NCBI GenBank assembly: GCA_051745395.1
Contig: JBNJEA010000001.1
Coordinates: 2,201-66,200, forward strand
Source of the DNA: Thermodesulfobacteriota bacterium
GTDB lineage: Bacteria > Desulfobacterota > Desulfobacteria > Desulfobacterales > Desulfosalsimonadaceae
Length of the DNA stretch: 64,000 nt
Reading direction: 5' to 3'
Shown: one piece after another, positions 1 to 9,770 of the stretch
How the letters are laid out: every line of letters starts with the position of its first letter
How positions within the stretch are numbered: position 1 is the first letter of the stretch
Notes under the pieces: generated by a model
The model's input: only the letters and a program-made list of their open reading frames with translations
Databases searched by the model: none
Told to the model about the DNA's origin: nothing
Position numbers and translations under genes: made by a program

Positions 1-216
1 GTCATCGACATAAATAAATGCCGCCCGGTTAGCGCCGATATCGACGAAAGCGGCCTGCATGCCCGGCAAGACGCGCTGGATACGGCCCTTGTATATGTTG
101 CCCGTGATATTGGATTCGTCCCGGCGCTCGATATAGATTTCGACCAGGATCCCGTTTTCCAGAAGGGCCACCCGGATTTCAGGACCCACGGCGTTGATGA
201 CAAGTTCCTTATACAT
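1..216 (-). CDS. rng: Ribonuclease G/E family protein, N-terminal 72 codons (gene continues past the left edge)
   Basis: Absent from the ORF track because the frame has no stop inside the window. Reverse translation from the ATG at 216-214: MYKELVINAVGPEIRVALLENGILVEIYIERRDESNITGNIYKGRIQRVLPGMQAAFVDIGANRAAFIYVDD. The GNIYKGRxxRVLPGMQAAFVDIG S1-domain signature is that of RNase G/E. Confidence 0.85.
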   Translation of the reverse strand, partial: MYKELVINAVGPEIRVALLENGILVEIYIERRDESNITGNIYKGRIQRVLPGMQAAFVDIGANRAAFIYVDD

Positions 217-236
217 AGAAAAAACCTTTTTGATAT

Positions 237-2795
237 TTACAGCTGAAACCCTTCGTCGGCATCGATGGTTTCCGATGGGGGCAGCTTGACAATCTCGGCC
301 CGGCAAAGCGCCGTCTCGGATACGGCAAAGACCTGCCGAAGCACTTCCGCCGGCCGGACCGAAGCCCCGCTCCCGCCGGCAAGCCGAAGCCACAGGCAAT
401 GGGGAGACAACAGTTGCATTTCCCGTACCAACTGTTTTAAATCGATGGTTTTCGGCTTCCCCTTTTTGGTCAGCCGGGTGAATTCAAAGGCCGGTGCCGC
501 CCAAAAGGCCTGGAGCCGGGATGGATCAAACGCCGCTTCCGCCAGACAGATCCGGTACACAAAGGTTTCCGGCCCTTTGCCGGCGGCTTTTTCAATCACG
601 TGACGGCAGTCGGTAACGGTTAGTCCCTCGGGCAGCTGCGCATTTACATCCGCGATGAGCCGGCCGCAATTCACCGAGTGCTCGAGAGTCATCCGAAACG
701 ACTCGCTCCTGCTTTCCACGCCCAGGGGCAGGGCGTCTTCGAAGACGATTTTCGGCTTGGGATGATAGCCGCCGGAAAACGCCATGGCGATTTTGGCCCG
801 GCCGATGGCCCGGATCATGATATTGACCAGTTCCAGATGACCGAAATACCGGGCCCGGCCGAGCTTGGTATAAAAAACTTCCACATGGTCGCCGGTATTC
901 GAATTTGCAGCGCCGGCCGCATCCGGCCGGCAAAAAAAGCCTGCCGTGCGGGAAGGCTCCTGCTGTGCAGCGATTTTCGGCGCCACCTGCTCAAAGTCGC
1001 AGACCCCGCATCCCTGGCAGTCATCCTGCCGGCAATCCGGTGTTGCGGTCTCCGTTACGGCCCTTTCGTATTCTTTTTTTAAAAACGGCTTGGCCACCCG
1101 GGTGTCGATATGGTCCCAGGGCAGGGGCGCATCGGGATGACTTCCCTTCTTCATCCGGGCAGCCGGGTCGATGCCGCATTGGTCAAAGGCCTTCTGCCAG
1201 GCGGCAAAATCGAAGGTATCGCTCCAGCCGTCAAACCGGCACCCCTGTTGATAGGCCCGGGTCAAAAGCGCGGCCAGCCGGCGGTCGCCCCGGGCCCACA
1301 ACCCTTCGAGAAGGCTGGTTTCCGGGTCCTGCCACTTGAACTGCACCCCGCCTGTTTTCAGTTTGCGCCGCAGCCACTCGATTTTTTCCCGGGCACAATC
1401 TGCGCCGATCTGTTGGCTCCATTGAAACGGCGTATGGGCCTTGGGAATAAACGTGGCCACGCTGACATTGATCTGGGCCCGCTTGCTGTTGAAAGGCCGG
1501 CATTTTTTCAGCCGGCGCACCAGATCGACAATGGCGGACAGATCGGCTTCGGTTTCCGTGGGCAGCCCGATCATGAAATAGAGCTTGATCAACTGCCAGC
1601 CCAGGTCAAAGGCCGTGGAAACCGTCTCCACGATTTCGGCCTCGGAGATGTTTTTATTGATCACCGCCCGCAGCCGTTCGCTGCCGGCTTCCGGGGCGAT
1701 GGTAAAGCCGGTTTTGCGGACCTGCCGGATTAAGCCCATCATTTCCGGTGTCAGCGTCCCCGCCCGAAACGAGGGGATGGAGACGGCCAACTGCCGGTCG
1801 CCATATCGGTCCGTCAACTGCTGCATCAGCGGCGTCAGACAACTGTAATCCCCGGTGCTCAAAGACAGCAGGGAAAGATCGCTGTAGCCGGTCGCCGCCA
1901 GCGCACGTTCGGTCAGCCCCATCAAGTGCGAAGGACCGCGTTCGCGCACGGGGCGATAAATCATGCCGGCCTGGCAAAACCGGCAGCCCCGGCTGCAGCC
2001 CCGGGCGACTTCCAGGCGGAGCCGGTCGTGGACCGGCCGGCCGAACGGTACAATCGGGGCATCGGGAAACGGCACCTGGTCGAGATCGGCGGCGACAGCG
2101 CGCGTGACATGATCATAGCCGGCAATCAGGGGCATTACCCGCTGCCGGCCGGCACTGTCGTAGTCCGGCTCGAAAAAGGCCGGCACGTAGACGCCTTCAA
2201 TGGCGGCCCATTGCCTGAAAAGCCCCCGGCGATCTCCGCCGCCGCGGTCTTGCCAGTCCATATACGCCCGGGCCATCTCCAAAATCACCGATTCGCCGTC
2301 CCCGACGACCATGGCATCGAAAAAAGGGGCCATGGGCTCCGGGTTGACCGTACAGGGGCCGCCGGCGATCACGAGGGGATGGGCGCTGCTGCGATCGGCC
2401 GCATAAAACGGGATACCGGCCAGATCGAGCATCAGCAGCACGTTGGTATAATTGAGCTCGTATAACAGGGAAAAGCCGATAATATCAAACCGGGCAAGCG
2501 GCGTGGCCGTTTCGAGCGACACCAGGGGGCGGCCGGCGCTTTCCAGCTCGGCCGCCATGTCCGTGCCCGGGGCAAAGACGCGTTCTGCGGCGATATCGGT
2601 CTGCCGGTTTAAAATATGGTATAAAATCTGTATACCGAAATGCGACGTGCCGATTTCGTAGACATCCGGAAAGGCCAGGGCCAGGTGCAGGCGCACCGCC
2701 CCGGGATCTTTTCTGACCGCATTGATTTCCGTGCCGAGGTAGCGGCTGGGCTTGGTCACCCGGGGCAGCAAATCATCGATAACATTGGAATGCAT
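237..2795 (-). CDS. Radical SAM protein (TIGR03960-like) fused to a radical-SAM-linked DUF2344/TIGR03936-like C-terminal domain, 852 aa
   Basis: Track ORF. N-terminus LPRVTKPSRYLGTEINAV and CxxxCxxC motif (ARGCSRGCRFCQAG). The C-terminal ~230 aa (VEVFYTKLGRARYFGHLELVN...) look like the usual partner protein. The stop lies 20 nt upstream of rng. Confidence 0.8.
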   Translation of the reverse strand: MHSNVIDDLLPRVTKPSRYLGTEINAVRKDPGAVRLHLALAFPDVYEIGTSHFGIQILYHILNRQTDIAAERVFAPGTDMAAELESAGRPLVSLETATPLARFDIIGFSLLYELNYTNVLLMLDLAGIPFYAADRSSAHPLVIAGGPCTVNPEPMAPFFDAMVVGDGESVILEMARAYMDWQDRGGGDRRGLFRQWAAIEGVYVPAFFEPDYDSAGRQRVMPLIAGYDHVTRAVAADLDQVPFPDAPIVPFGRPVHDRLRLEVARGCSRGCRFCQAGMIYRPVRERGPSHLMGLTERALAATGYSDLSLLSLSTGDYSCLTPLMQQLTDRYGDRQLAVSIPSFRAGTLTPEMMGLIRQVRKTGFTIAPEAGSERLRAVINKNISEAEIVETVSTAFDLGWQLIKLYFMIGLPTETEADLSAIVDLVRRLKKCRPFNSKRAQINVSVATFIPKAHTPFQWSQQIGADCAREKIEWLRRKLKTGGVQFKWQDPETSLLEGLWARGDRRLAALLTRAYQQGCRFDGWSDTFDFAAWQKAFDQCGIDPAARMKKGSHPDAPLPWDHIDTRVAKPFLKKEYERAVTETATPDCRQDDCQGCGVCDFEQVAPKIAAQQEPSRTAGFFCRPDAAGAANSNTGDHVEVFYTKLGRARYFGHLELVNIMIRAIGRAKIAMAFSGGYHPKPKIVFEDALPLGVESRSESFRMTLEHSVNCGRLIADVNAQLPEGLTVTDCRHVIEKAAGKGPETFVYRICLAEAAFDPSRLQAFWAAPAFEFTRLTKKGKPKTIDLKQLVREMQLLSPHCLWLRLAGGSGASVRPAEVLRQVFAVSETALCRAEIVKLPPSETIDADEGFQL

Positions 2796-2821
2796 TGGCT
2801 CTGATCCGGCTTGAAACGGCT

Positions 2822-3583
2822 TTATTGCATGCTGGCTTGAACGAATTCCAGCGTCTGCCGGACATCATCGCGGAAAAAACAATCCAGGCCGTCATGCCAG
2901 TTCTCCTCGGCCAGCTTGGTCCGGATACGCCGGACGACATCCTGGCGCGCCAGTTCCTTCATCCGGATAAACGGCCGGTTCGGCGTGTCGATCCACTGGG
3001 CGACCACGGCCTTGGCCCGTTCAACGAGCTGGTCTTCATTCACGATTTCATCGACCAGGGCAAGTTCTTTGGCCCGGTAGACATCGACCATCTCCCCGAA
3101 AAACATGATATCGCGGAACTTGAGATTGCTGTCGAAGCCAAAGCGCATGACCTCGTGCTGGGCGATGGTCAGCGGCAGCCCGATCTTGATCTCGGACATG
3201 CCGACTTTGATCTTGGGGTGCTCCTTGACGATGCGGTAGTCGGCGGCCATGGAATAGATCAGCCCGCCGGCGGCACAATGGCCGTTAATGGCCGATATCA
3301 CCGGCTTGCTGCAGGCAAACAGGGAAGTTAACACCTTCTCCTCATACTCGAAAAACTCGACGGCCTCTGCCTTGTCCTTGAAATTGATAAAAATGGGCAA
3401 ATCAAACCCGCTGGAAAAAAACCGGCCCTCGCCGGTCAATACAATGCCCTTGGGCACGGGGTTTTCGTCGGCTTCACGGATGATGTCGGCCAACTGCTGC
3501 AGCATCTCCCGGGTAATGGGATTGGTCTTTCCGTTTTTCAGGGTTACGATCTCGATGTCGTCCTGGCGGCTGGTTTCGAGCAT
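2822..3583 (-). CDS. Enoyl-CoA hydratase/isomerase (crotonase) family protein
   Basis: 253 aa. Crotonase pattern VLTGEGRFFSSGFDL ... INGHCAAGGL. Lies 26 nt upstream of the radical SAM gene on the same strand. Confidence 0.8.
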   Translation of the reverse strand: MLETSRQDDIEIVTLKNGKTNPITREMLQQLADIIREADENPVPKGIVLTGEGRFFSSGFDLPIFINFKDKAEAVEFFEYEEKVLTSLFACSKPVISAINGHCAAGGLIYSMAADYRIVKEHPKIKVGMSEIKIGLPLTIAQHEVMRFGFDSNLKFRDIMFFGEMVDVYRAKELALVDEIVNEDQLVERAKAVVAQWIDTPNRPFIRMKELARQDVVRRIRTKLAEENWHDGLDCFFRDDVRQTLEFVQASMQ

Positions 3584-3867
3584 GCGGTTTGTCTCCTTTT
3601 GTGACAGCGTATTCTATATTTTTGATAATATTGAAAATTAAAATACCAAAACTTTTGAAAAATATATTAAAATAGGAAATTTTTGCACTTGATGTCAAGC
3701 AGGAAAAATCGGTTTGACGCGGTATTTCAACGCCCCGGCACGAAATCGGCTGCGGACCGATTGACACGGACCGGTTTTCTTTATTATATACGGTTTCAAT
3801 CCAATCCGGCAATCCCGGCGCCGGCCGTTTTTTAACCCAAATTAACGCGCAGCAAGGACGACTATCG

Positions 3868-5094
3868 ATGATTACAATCAACGAAGCTTTTTTAAAGCTC
3901 CAGACCTCTTACCTGTTTTCCAACATTGCCGCCAAGATCGCCGACTTCCAGGAAGCTCACCCGGATACGGAAATCATCAAGCTCGGCATCGGCGACGCCA
4001 CCCAGGCCCTGCCGCCGGCCTGCGTGTCGGCCTTTCACAAGGCGGTGGACGAAATGGCAGACGATGCCTCCTTCCGGGGCTACGGCCCGGAACAGGGCTA
4101 TCCGTTTCTGCGGGAAAAAATCGCCGAACATGACTTCCGGGCCCGCAACGCCGATATCGGACCGGACGAAATCTTTATCAGCGACGGGGCCAAGTGCGAT
4201 ACCGGCAATTTCCAGGAAATTCTGGCCACCGACATCCAGGTCGCCGTGCCCGACCCCGTCTACCCCGTCTACGTGGACACCAACGTCATGGCCGGCCGCA
4301 CCGGCGCCTTCAAAGACGGCCGCTTCGAAAACATCGTCTACCTTGAATGCAGGAAAGACAACGATTACACGCCGCCGCTGCCGGACGTGCCGGTGGATCT
4401 GATTTACCTGTGCTTTCCCAACAACCCGACCGGGGCGACCATCTCCAAAGCCGCATTGGCCGAATGGGTCGACTATGCGCGGCAAAACAACGCCTTAATC
4501 CTCTATGATGCGGCCTACGAGGCCTTTATCCGGGATGAGGAAATGGTGCATTCGATTTACGAAATCCCCGGCGCCCGGGAAGTGGCCGTGGAATTTCGAA
4601 GCTTTTCCAAGACCGCCGGCTTTACCGGCACCCGCTGTGCCTTTACCGTGGTGCCCAAAGACTGCCGGGCCTTTGACGCCCAGGGCAACACCCACTACCT
4701 GCACGGCCTGTGGAACCGCCGGCATTCCACCAAGTTCAACGGGGTCTCCTATCCCGTCCAGCGGGCCGCAGAAGCGGTCTACAGCGAGGCCGGGCAAAAA
4801 CAGGTGCAGAAAATCATCGATGACTATATGAAAAACGCCGACCGGATCTGCCGGGAAATGGAAAACTTGGGCTACGACTACGTCGGGGGAAAGCATTCGC
4901 CCTACATCTGGATCGAGGCCAATACCGATTCCTGGGATTTTTTCGACATGCTGCTCAAAAAAGCCGGGGTGGTCTGCACGCCCGGGGCGGGCTTCGGCGC
5001 CTGCGGCCAGCGCCATATCCGGCTGAGTGCTTTTAACAGCCATGCCAATGTCGAAGCGGCCATGGGGCGCATCCGGGATGCGCTCGGCGGGTAA
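3868..5094 (+). CDS. dapL: LL-diaminopimelate aminotransferase
   Basis: 408 aa. N-terminus INEAFLKLQTSYLFSNIAAKIADFQEAHPDTEIIKLGIGDATQALP and the PLP-lysine region SFSKTAGFTGTR match DapL-type class I aminotransferases. Confidence 0.85.
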   Translation: MITINEAFLKLQTSYLFSNIAAKIADFQEAHPDTEIIKLGIGDATQALPPACVSAFHKAVDEMADDASFRGYGPEQGYPFLREKIAEHDFRARNADIGPDEIFISDGAKCDTGNFQEILATDIQVAVPDPVYPVYVDTNVMAGRTGAFKDGRFENIVYLECRKDNDYTPPLPDVPVDLIYLCFPNNPTGATISKAALAEWVDYARQNNALILYDAAYEAFIRDEEMVHSIYEIPGAREVAVEFRSFSKTAGFTGTRCAFTVVPKDCRAFDAQGNTHYLHGLWNRRHSTKFNGVSYPVQRAAEAVYSEAGQKQVQKIIDDYMKNADRICREMENLGYDYVGGKHSPYIWIEANTDSWDFFDMLLKKAGVVCTPGAGFGACGQRHIRLSAFNSHANVEAAMGRIRDALGG

Positions 5095-5111
5095 GGTTTT
5101 TTACACGATCT

Positions 5112-7370
5112 TTACAGCACCGCCGCGTTGATTTGCCGGCAAAGCCCCTGTTGCGGGGACAATTTTGTGCCGGTAATATCGATTACCGCCACGGCCCCCA
5201 TCAAGGAGTTGGTCACCATCACCGTGTCGAAATCCGGGATTTCGCCGGGGACCACCCGCCGGTGGGAAATCTCAAAACCGCTGTCCGCCAGGTATTGCGT
5301 CACCTTTTTTTCCATCACCCCGGACAGAACGTGCGGCGAGACCGGCCGGATTACCGTATGGCCCCGGACCATCAAGAGATTGCCCGTATTGGTCTCGGAG
5401 ATGCTGCCGTCGGCGTTGGTGATCAGCGCCTCATCTGCCCCCCGGGCTTTGGCCCACTTGCCGGCCAGCAGATAGTACAGGTAATTCAGTGTCTTGTGAT
5501 CGGCCAGCGGGCTCTGGCGGGCATGCGGGTATGCCGCCAGAGACAACCCCGATTTCCGCAGTTGCGACAGGCGATGCACATAGGGGCGGGCCGTGACCAC
5601 AAGAGACGGCCCGCCCCTATGTGCATCGCCTGTGCCCCGGGTGGCCATCAGCTTGACCGCCGCCGTGCTGCTTTCCAGCCCATTGGCCGAAATCACGGCC
5701 GCCATAATCGCCTGCCAGCTCAAATCCGGCGGCGTTGTTTCAAACAGCGTCTGCCAGGTGGAACAAAACCGTTCCAGGTGATCGTCCAGCCAGCAGGGCG
5801 AGCCGTTTTCCGCCCGAATGGTTTCGAAAAAACCGAAACCGTATTGGATGCCTTCATCGGTTACGGGCAGACAGACGTCGGATAAGGGCACGATCCGCCC
5901 GTTAAACCAGGCAAAACGGACCTCGGGGGCTGACGCGGCGCGGTTTTTAAACACCCCCATAACCGACCGGCCCTTGTCTATGGTTTCTTCGTATTCCTCG
6001 GCCGGGTCCGAATCGAACACCACCCCGCCGCCCACGGAAAACACCATCCGGTTGCCCGCGATGGTGGCCGTCCGGATGGCAATGGAGAGATCGGCCGTGT
6101 CGTCAAAGCCGATATAGCCGATCGATCCGGTATAGATATGCCGCCGGCAGGGTTCGAGTTCGTCGATGATTTCCATGGCCCGGATCCGCGGACAGCCCGT
6201 AATCGATCCGCCCGGAAAGGCGGCCCGGATCAAATCCACGCTGTCTTTGCCTGCTTGCAGCCGGCCCTCGACAATCGATACCAGGTGAAATACGTTTTCA
6301 TAGGCTTCCAGGCGCTTGTGGGCGGTCACCTTGACGGAGCCGCCGCGGCAGACCCGGCCCAGGTCGTTTCGCATCAAATCGACGATCATGGACAGTTCCG
6401 CATCGTCTTTGCCGCTGGCCTGCAAGGCATCGGCATTGGCGCGGTCTTCGGCGGCGGTTTTGCCCCGCGGGCGGGTTCCCTTGATGGGCCGGGTTTCCAC
6501 CTCTGTACCTGCGCGCCGGACAAAACGTTCCGGCGAGGTGGATACAATCCGGTGGTCGCCGGCGTGCACATAGGCGTAAAAAGGCGCGGGAGCGGTTTCA
6601 AAGAGGGTTTGAAACATCGCAAAAGAAGAGCCGTAAAAATCGGTTTCAAACCGCTGGGACAAATTGACCTGGTAAATATCGCCGGCGCGGATGTAGTCTT
6701 TCACGCGCTCCACGGCGGCCATATAGGACCTGCGGTCAAACCGGGCGGAAAATCCCGCACTGTTGCCGGAAAATGATTTTGCGGAGCCCCGCTTTGCCGC
6801 CAGCCGGTCATAAAACGCCTGCCAGGCCGCGTCACCGGTTGCGGCCGCAGAAGCCCCGCCGCCGGGTTTGCGCACCGGCACGTGCAATCGGTTTTCCCCG
6901 GTCTGCCGGTCATGGACGACGATTGCAGAGGGGGCATACAAACAAAGCTGCGGCAGGCCCAGGTCATCGATGGTCGTTTTGGGCAGCGTTTCGACAAAGT
7001 CCTTTAGATCATAGGCGAAATAGCCGAACAACCCCGCCGCAACCGGGCCGAACAACGCAGGGTCGCGAAAGCCGAAACCGTTTACAAGCCCCTGTACCAT
7101 ATCCAGCGGGTCGCCGTTTTCGCGCCAGACCTGATCACCGGCCTCAAAGACCACCTCACCGCCGTGGCTTTTCACAGCCAGCCAGGGTGCGGTGGCAAGG
7201 ATATGATAGCGCGCCGCGTCATGGCCGCCGCCGCTCAACAAAACCACAGTGCCCGGCAGATCGGCAAACCGTGCGGCCAGATCCGTAAAGCCTTCCGCAG
7301 ACGCCAAATTTTCCGTATGCACCCGCTCGATTGGGCCGGTAGAGGCGATGATGTTGCGTATTATATCCAT
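5112..7370 (-). CDS. pabB: Aminodeoxychorismate synthase component I fused to an aminodeoxychorismate lyase-like class IV aminotransferase domain (PabB-PabC)
   Basis: 752 aa. The N-terminal ~470 aa are a chorismate-binding enzyme (STSPERF, FPGGSITGCPRIRAMEIIDELE, RHIYTGSIGY). The C-terminal ~270 aa have a class IV aminotransferase fold. Overlaps the amidotransferase gene by 10 nt. Confidence 0.8.
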   Translation of the reverse strand: MDIIRNIIASTGPIERVHTENLASAEGFTDLAARFADLPGTVVLLSGGGHDAARYHILATAPWLAVKSHGGEVVFEAGDQVWRENGDPLDMVQGLVNGFGFRDPALFGPVAAGLFGYFAYDLKDFVETLPKTTIDDLGLPQLCLYAPSAIVVHDRQTGENRLHVPVRKPGGGASAAATGDAAWQAFYDRLAAKRGSAKSFSGNSAGFSARFDRRSYMAAVERVKDYIRAGDIYQVNLSQRFETDFYGSSFAMFQTLFETAPAPFYAYVHAGDHRIVSTSPERFVRRAGTEVETRPIKGTRPRGKTAAEDRANADALQASGKDDAELSMIVDLMRNDLGRVCRGGSVKVTAHKRLEAYENVFHLVSIVEGRLQAGKDSVDLIRAAFPGGSITGCPRIRAMEIIDELEPCRRHIYTGSIGYIGFDDTADLSIAIRTATIAGNRMVFSVGGGVVFDSDPAEEYEETIDKGRSVMGVFKNRAASAPEVRFAWFNGRIVPLSDVCLPVTDEGIQYGFGFFETIRAENGSPCWLDDHLERFCSTWQTLFETTPPDLSWQAIMAAVISANGLESSTAAVKLMATRGTGDAHRGGPSLVVTARPYVHRLSQLRKSGLSLAAYPHARQSPLADHKTLNYLYYLLAGKWAKARGADEALITNADGSISETNTGNLLMVRGHTVIRPVSPHVLSGVMEKKVTQYLADSGFEISHRRVVPGEIPDFDTVMVTNSLMGAVAVIDITGTKLSPQQGLCRQINAAVL

Positions 7371-8047
7371 TCGGGCCGGTTTTGATTGGGGGCTTGGTTT
7401 TTCGGGGGGCGATACCGGGTAAAGGCCATGGCCTCTTCGGCGATTACCAACCCGTTTTCCAGTTTTTCGGCCAGAGGGCCGGTCTTTAAAAAATTTTCCA
7501 CCAACCGGAAGCCGCCCTCGGTCAAAAAGCTTTCCGGATGGAACTGGACGCCGTAGACGTCGAGTTTTGCGGCAGCCAATCCCATGATGTCGCCGTCTTC
7601 GGAAACAGCGTTTACGACAAGCTCTGTATCCCGGGGATCTGCCACCAGGGAATGATACCTTGCCGCCGTAAACGGATCGGCCACGCCGTTGAATATACCG
7701 GTTTTGTCATGGAACACCCGGCTGGTCTTGCCGTGCATCGGCACAGGGGCCCGCAGGGTCGTGCCGCCGAAGGCTTCATTGATGCACTGCATTCCCAGAC
7801 AGACCCCCAGAATCGGTATACGGCCGGCAAAGGCCCCGACAACTTCAACGGAGATCCCGGCCGCCGCGGGATTTTTCGGACCCGGACTGATTACGCAATA
7901 ATCCGGGGCAAGGGCCGACAGGGCGCCGACATCGATCGTATCGGCCCGGTATACCGCTATGGACAGATCATAAAGCGAAAACATCTGCACGAGGTTATGG
8001 GTAAAGGAATCATAATTGTCAATGACCACAAGCCTTGCCGATTTCAT
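7361..8047 (-). CDS. pabA: Aminodeoxychorismate/anthranilate synthase glutamine amidotransferase component II
   Basis: VIDNYDSFTHNL, GVCLGMQC (nucleophile Cys) and GVQFHPES. I start it at ATG 8047 (GGGAGG 4 nt upstream) instead of the track's TTG 8059. About 40 extra C-terminal residues overlap the pabB start. Confidence 0.8.
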   Translation of the reverse strand: MKSARLVVIDNYDSFTHNLVQMFSLYDLSIAVYRADTIDVGALSALAPDYCVISPGPKNPAAAGISVEVVGAFAGRIPILGVCLGMQCINEAFGGTTLRAPVPMHGKTSRVFHDKTGIFNGVADPFTAARYHSLVADPRDTELVVNAVSEDGDIMGLAAAKLDVYGVQFHPESFLTEGGFRLVENFLKTGPLAEKLENGLVIAEEAMAFTRYRPPKNQAPNQNRPEWI

Positions 8048-8312
8048 GCCGCCTCCCAATAAAAAAACGCCACCCCGCGGAGTCTGGGTGGCGTTTGCCT
8101 ATTGCATAACTCTCTTGAAACGAAAAACACTTTTTTCGTATATCCTAATCGAGCCGTTTACCGCTGTCAAGCCCTGTGCGATGAAAATTCATTTCAGCTT
8201 GACACGGGAAGGGAAAAAAAATAGGATAAATAATTGGAAATTTTTAATCGAATATTCTACCAACCCGGGAAAACCGGCGCGCGCCATCAGAAACACACAG
8301 GAACGCCTTTAG

Positions 8313-9449
8313 ATGAAACACATCTTTTTTTTCCTGCTCATTGCGGCTTTGCTCCCGATTGTCAGCTGCAGCCGATCCTTTCAGACGCAATACTTCGGCG
8401 TAGAAGATGAAGCCATTGTAGCGCCCAAAGAATTCAAAGAGACCATGGATGTCGTGGAAAGGGCCAAAAAAGAAGCCGCCGCCGATTACCAGTACAAAAA
8501 GATCGAAGAGGCCATGAAAAAAGGCAAACTGGCATCGACGACCTACTGGGAATGCTACGACGAAGAGGCCAAAGCCGTTCTGGCCCGGGCCCGGCAGGCC
8601 GCCCAGCGGGCGGAGATGTATCATCCCCAGCCGCCGCCGCCCGACACCGCCCGGAGCTCGGCCACGGTGGCCCCGCCCGCTGCCGAAAGCCCGGACGGAC
8701 CAGAAAAACCGGATACAGGGTTTGCTTCCATTCCGCCGGTCATGATCCTGGAAACCGTCCAATTCCCCTTTGATGCCGCAACCCCCAAAAAGGGCGAAAC
8801 CGACGAACTGGACAAATATGCGGCCATGATGCAATCGGCCTCCCAATTTGAAATCGCCGGCCATGCCGACAACCGCGGCGATCCGGGATACAACCAGCGC
8901 CTGTCGGAGCGCCGCGCGCAATCGGTGATCGAGAGATTAAAGGAAAAAGGCGCGGACGCAGCCGAGATGATCCCGGTGGGATACGGCGAAGGCTACCCCA
9001 CGGCCTCGAATCAGACCGAGGCCGGGCGGAAAAAAAACCGCCGGGTGGAAATCCGGGCATTGCCCCCGGTTTTTGAAACCCCGGCCCCGCCGTATTATGC
9101 CGCCATGTCAGCCGGCACCGCCATCGCCGTGGTCCACTTCAATTTCGATTCCGATCAACTGCTGCCCGCCCATAAAGCCGCGCTCGACCACCTGGCCGAC
9201 ATGCTGGAAAAGGAACCTTCGGTTACCTTAGACGTCACCGGCTATACCGACAATACCGGCCCGGCGGGGGCAAACCGCGAGATATCGCAACAACGGGCCC
9301 GGATCGTTGCCGACTACCTGGCCGGAAACGGGGTTGACAATACGCGCCTGAGCGTATCCGGCCAGGGAGAAGCCGATCCGTTTGCCCCCAATAAAACCAG
9401 CCACGGGCGGGCGCTAAACCGCCGGGTAGAACTCACGATCTCCGAATAA
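8313..9449 (+). CDS. OmpA family lipoprotein with two tandem OmpA_C-like peptidoglycan-binding domains
   Basis: 378 aa. Signal peptide with lipobox (LLPIVSC). Two copies of the OmpA_C pattern (GHADNRGDPGYNQRLSERRAQSV...NRRVEI and GYTDNTGPAGANREISQQRARIV...NRRVEL). Confidence 0.75.
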   Translation: MKHIFFFLLIAALLPIVSCSRSFQTQYFGVEDEAIVAPKEFKETMDVVERAKKEAAADYQYKKIEEAMKKGKLASTTYWECYDEEAKAVLARARQAAQRAEMYHPQPPPPDTARSSATVAPPAAESPDGPEKPDTGFASIPPVMILETVQFPFDAATPKKGETDELDKYAAMMQSASQFEIAGHADNRGDPGYNQRLSERRAQSVIERLKEKGADAAEMIPVGYGEGYPTASNQTEAGRKKNRRVEIRALPPVFETPAPPYYAAMSAGTAIAVVHFNFDSDQLLPAHKAALDHLADMLEKEPSVTLDVTGYTDNTGPAGANREISQQRARIVADYLAGNGVDNTRLSVSGQGEADPFAPNKTSHGRALNRRVELTISE

Positions 9450-9770
9450 CTTCGCCCGCATGGGCCGTCCGAAAAACCGATTTAAACCTCTCCTGCATAA
9501 GGACTTTTTCCCTGTTTCTACACCCCGCCATGGACTGCTCAGGCCGACGGTGCCGGTGCTTTGTCGCCCAAGCGGATGAAAAAAAGACTTGAATCAAAAT
9601 CCATGACTCGTTACACGCTTTCTTTGCCGGTTTTCTCCGCCGCCGGTTTTTTCACCGAATGGTAAGGGCGCAAAAAAACCCGCTTTTTCATTGTTTTACA
9701 AATTGGAAGAGATTACTTATTGTTATAAGGATTAACGGGACATATTTACCCTTTATAAAGGATTCGGAAG

